DNA of 64,000 nucleotides from an uncultured Campylobacter sp. (GTDB lineage Bacteria; Campylobacterota; Campylobacteria; Campylobacterales; Campylobacteraceae), in assembly GCF_905373215.1 (NCBI RefSeq), contig NZ_CAJPRT010000007.1, positions 30,685 through 94,684 on the forward strand, given 5' to 3'. The notes under the pieces were generated by a model, which worked only from the letters and a program-made list of their open reading frames with translations, was not told where the DNA came from and made no database searches. Below, piece by piece: positions 62,872 through 64,000 of the stretch; position 1 is the stretch's first letter, and every line of letters begins with the position of its first letter. The translations under genes were made by a program, and so were the position numbers.

Positions 62872-64000
62872 TTATTTTATCATAGCTTGGTTTATGTAGT
62901 TTTGAATTTTGCGGATAAAGTTTTCGCTTAGCTTTAAATTTAGCAAAATCACCGAAATTTCCGCGCCCAAATCCCTTAATTTCACGTAATCTTTCGCCGT
63001 GCAAAGGATATGCTCCGCATCCTCGCGCCTTAGCAGCTCTAAAATCTGCTCTTTTTTGAAATCATAATGGTCGGGGAAAAATGCGTGGGCTTTTGCGAGT
63101 GGCAAAAACGCTTGCAAGCGCCAAGGCTTGGCGATGGCGCTGATTAAAATCGTGCGGGATCTCTCAAAGTTCGCCTCTTTGGAGTTTGAAATTTTATCCG
63201 CAGCCGCGGGGTTTAAATTTGAAATTTCATCCGCGGCGCGATTTAAATTTAAATCCGAAATTTCATCCGCGGCGCGATTTAAATTTGAATCCGAAATTTT
63301 ATCCGCGGCGAAATTTGAAATTTCATCCGCAGGATTTGAAATTTCATCCGCGCCGTTTAGCTTACTTTGCAGATCGGCCGCCGAAATGATCTTAAAGCTC
63401 TGCGAAATATCGCTTTGCGCGGGTATGAAATCCGCAAATTTATAAAAAAACGGCGGGTAGCGATACGCGGCGAAGGGCAGGCAAAAGGGCAGCTTCGGCG
63501 CGCTTTGCGGGCGCAGCAAGATATCAAATTTAGAGATATTAAATTTAGAAAACCCGTCGTCTAAGATCACCAGCTCAAAGCCGAGAGTTTGCGCGCGCAA
63601 AATCCCTGCAGCGCGATCTTCGCTGACGATTACGTTTGCGCCGCGCAAAAACAGCGCGTATTCCATCGCCTCATCTCCGCTTTGTCCCACGTCGCAAAGT
63701 ATCCGTCCACCGAGCGCTACTTCGAGCAAGCCTCTGCTTTTGCGCCCGTATCCGCGAAGGATGATGCAGGTTTTGAGCTCCCCGTTAAATTCTTTAAAAA
63801 GCGCTCGCACTAGCGGGGTTTTGCCGCTTCCGCCGAGGGTTAAATTTCCGACGCTGATTATTGGAATTTTAAAGCTCTGCGGCTTAGCAAAGAGCCTTTT
63901 TAGGCAGACGATAAACGTATAGAGCATCGATAGCGGCGCTAAAATCACTCCTAGCGCAAGCCACGCGGGGCTCGGGTCGTATAAGTTTCGCTCGATTAGG
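62872..64000 (-). CDS. lpxK: Tetraacyldisaccharide 4'-kinase (5' end beyond the window) with repeat insertion
   Basis: ISVGNLTLGGSGKTP, LRGYG, GDEA, ILDDGF and FPDHY motifs; frame stays open to the window end. Confidence 0.93.
   Translation of the reverse strand, partial: LIERNLYDPSPAWLALGVILAPLSMLYTFIVCLKRLFAKPQSFKIPIISVGNLTLGGSGKTPLVRALFKEFNGELKTCIILRGYGRKSRGLLEVALGGRILCDVGQSGDEAMEYALFLRGANVIVSEDRAAGILRAQTLGFELVILDDGFSKFNISKFDILLRPQSAPKLPFCLPFAAYRYPPFFYKFADFIPAQSDISQSFKIISAADLQSKLNGADEISNPADEISNFAADKISDSNLNRAADEISDLNLNRAADEISNLNPAAADKISNSKEANFERSRTILISAIAKPWRLQAFLPLAKAHAFFPDHYDFKKEQILELLRREDAEHILCTAKDYVKLRDLGAEISVILLNLKLSENFIRKIQNYINQAMIK
63188..63351 (-). repeat. Six copies of GCGGATRAAATTTC in an irregular tandem array inside lpxK
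   Basis: Encodes ADEISN / ADKISD repeats. Confidence 0.9.

Overview
Chromosomal window of an epsilonproteobacterium. Gene order (ilvC-deacetylase-dprA-ruvX; ligA-tlyA-ribF-cmoA; rrf2-rpsO) and composition suggest an oral Campylobacter, probably C. gracilis-like; this is an inference. It holds about 55 genes, mostly housekeeping. A complete formate hydrogenlyase locus is present: hyfA-B-C-E-F-G-H-I-J, hycI and a FocA-type channel, a divergent selenocysteine FdhF with its SECIS hairpin, and a CooA-like Crp/Fnr regulator. A CGTCA-N6-TGACG palindrome lies at about -41.5 of the hyf promoter. Two small clusters of orphan, partly decayed immunity-type genes (SMI1/KNR4, YwqG-like, DUF4299, DUF6892) are also present, and one deletion has clipped the end of proC. 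The most striking signal is window-wide: diverged short tandem arrays in which the RAATTY hexamer is kept in fixed phase (12, 15 or 21 bp). They fill intergenic spacers and sit as in-frame insertions of about 35-280 aa in conserved enzymes (ProC, RsmD, TlyA, RibF, LpxK, ThrC and others). In the kdsB-ligA-tlyA operon, such spacers form open frames with an SD that overlap both neighbours, as if relaying translational coupling. No rRNA, tRNA, CRISPR array or transposase was recognised.
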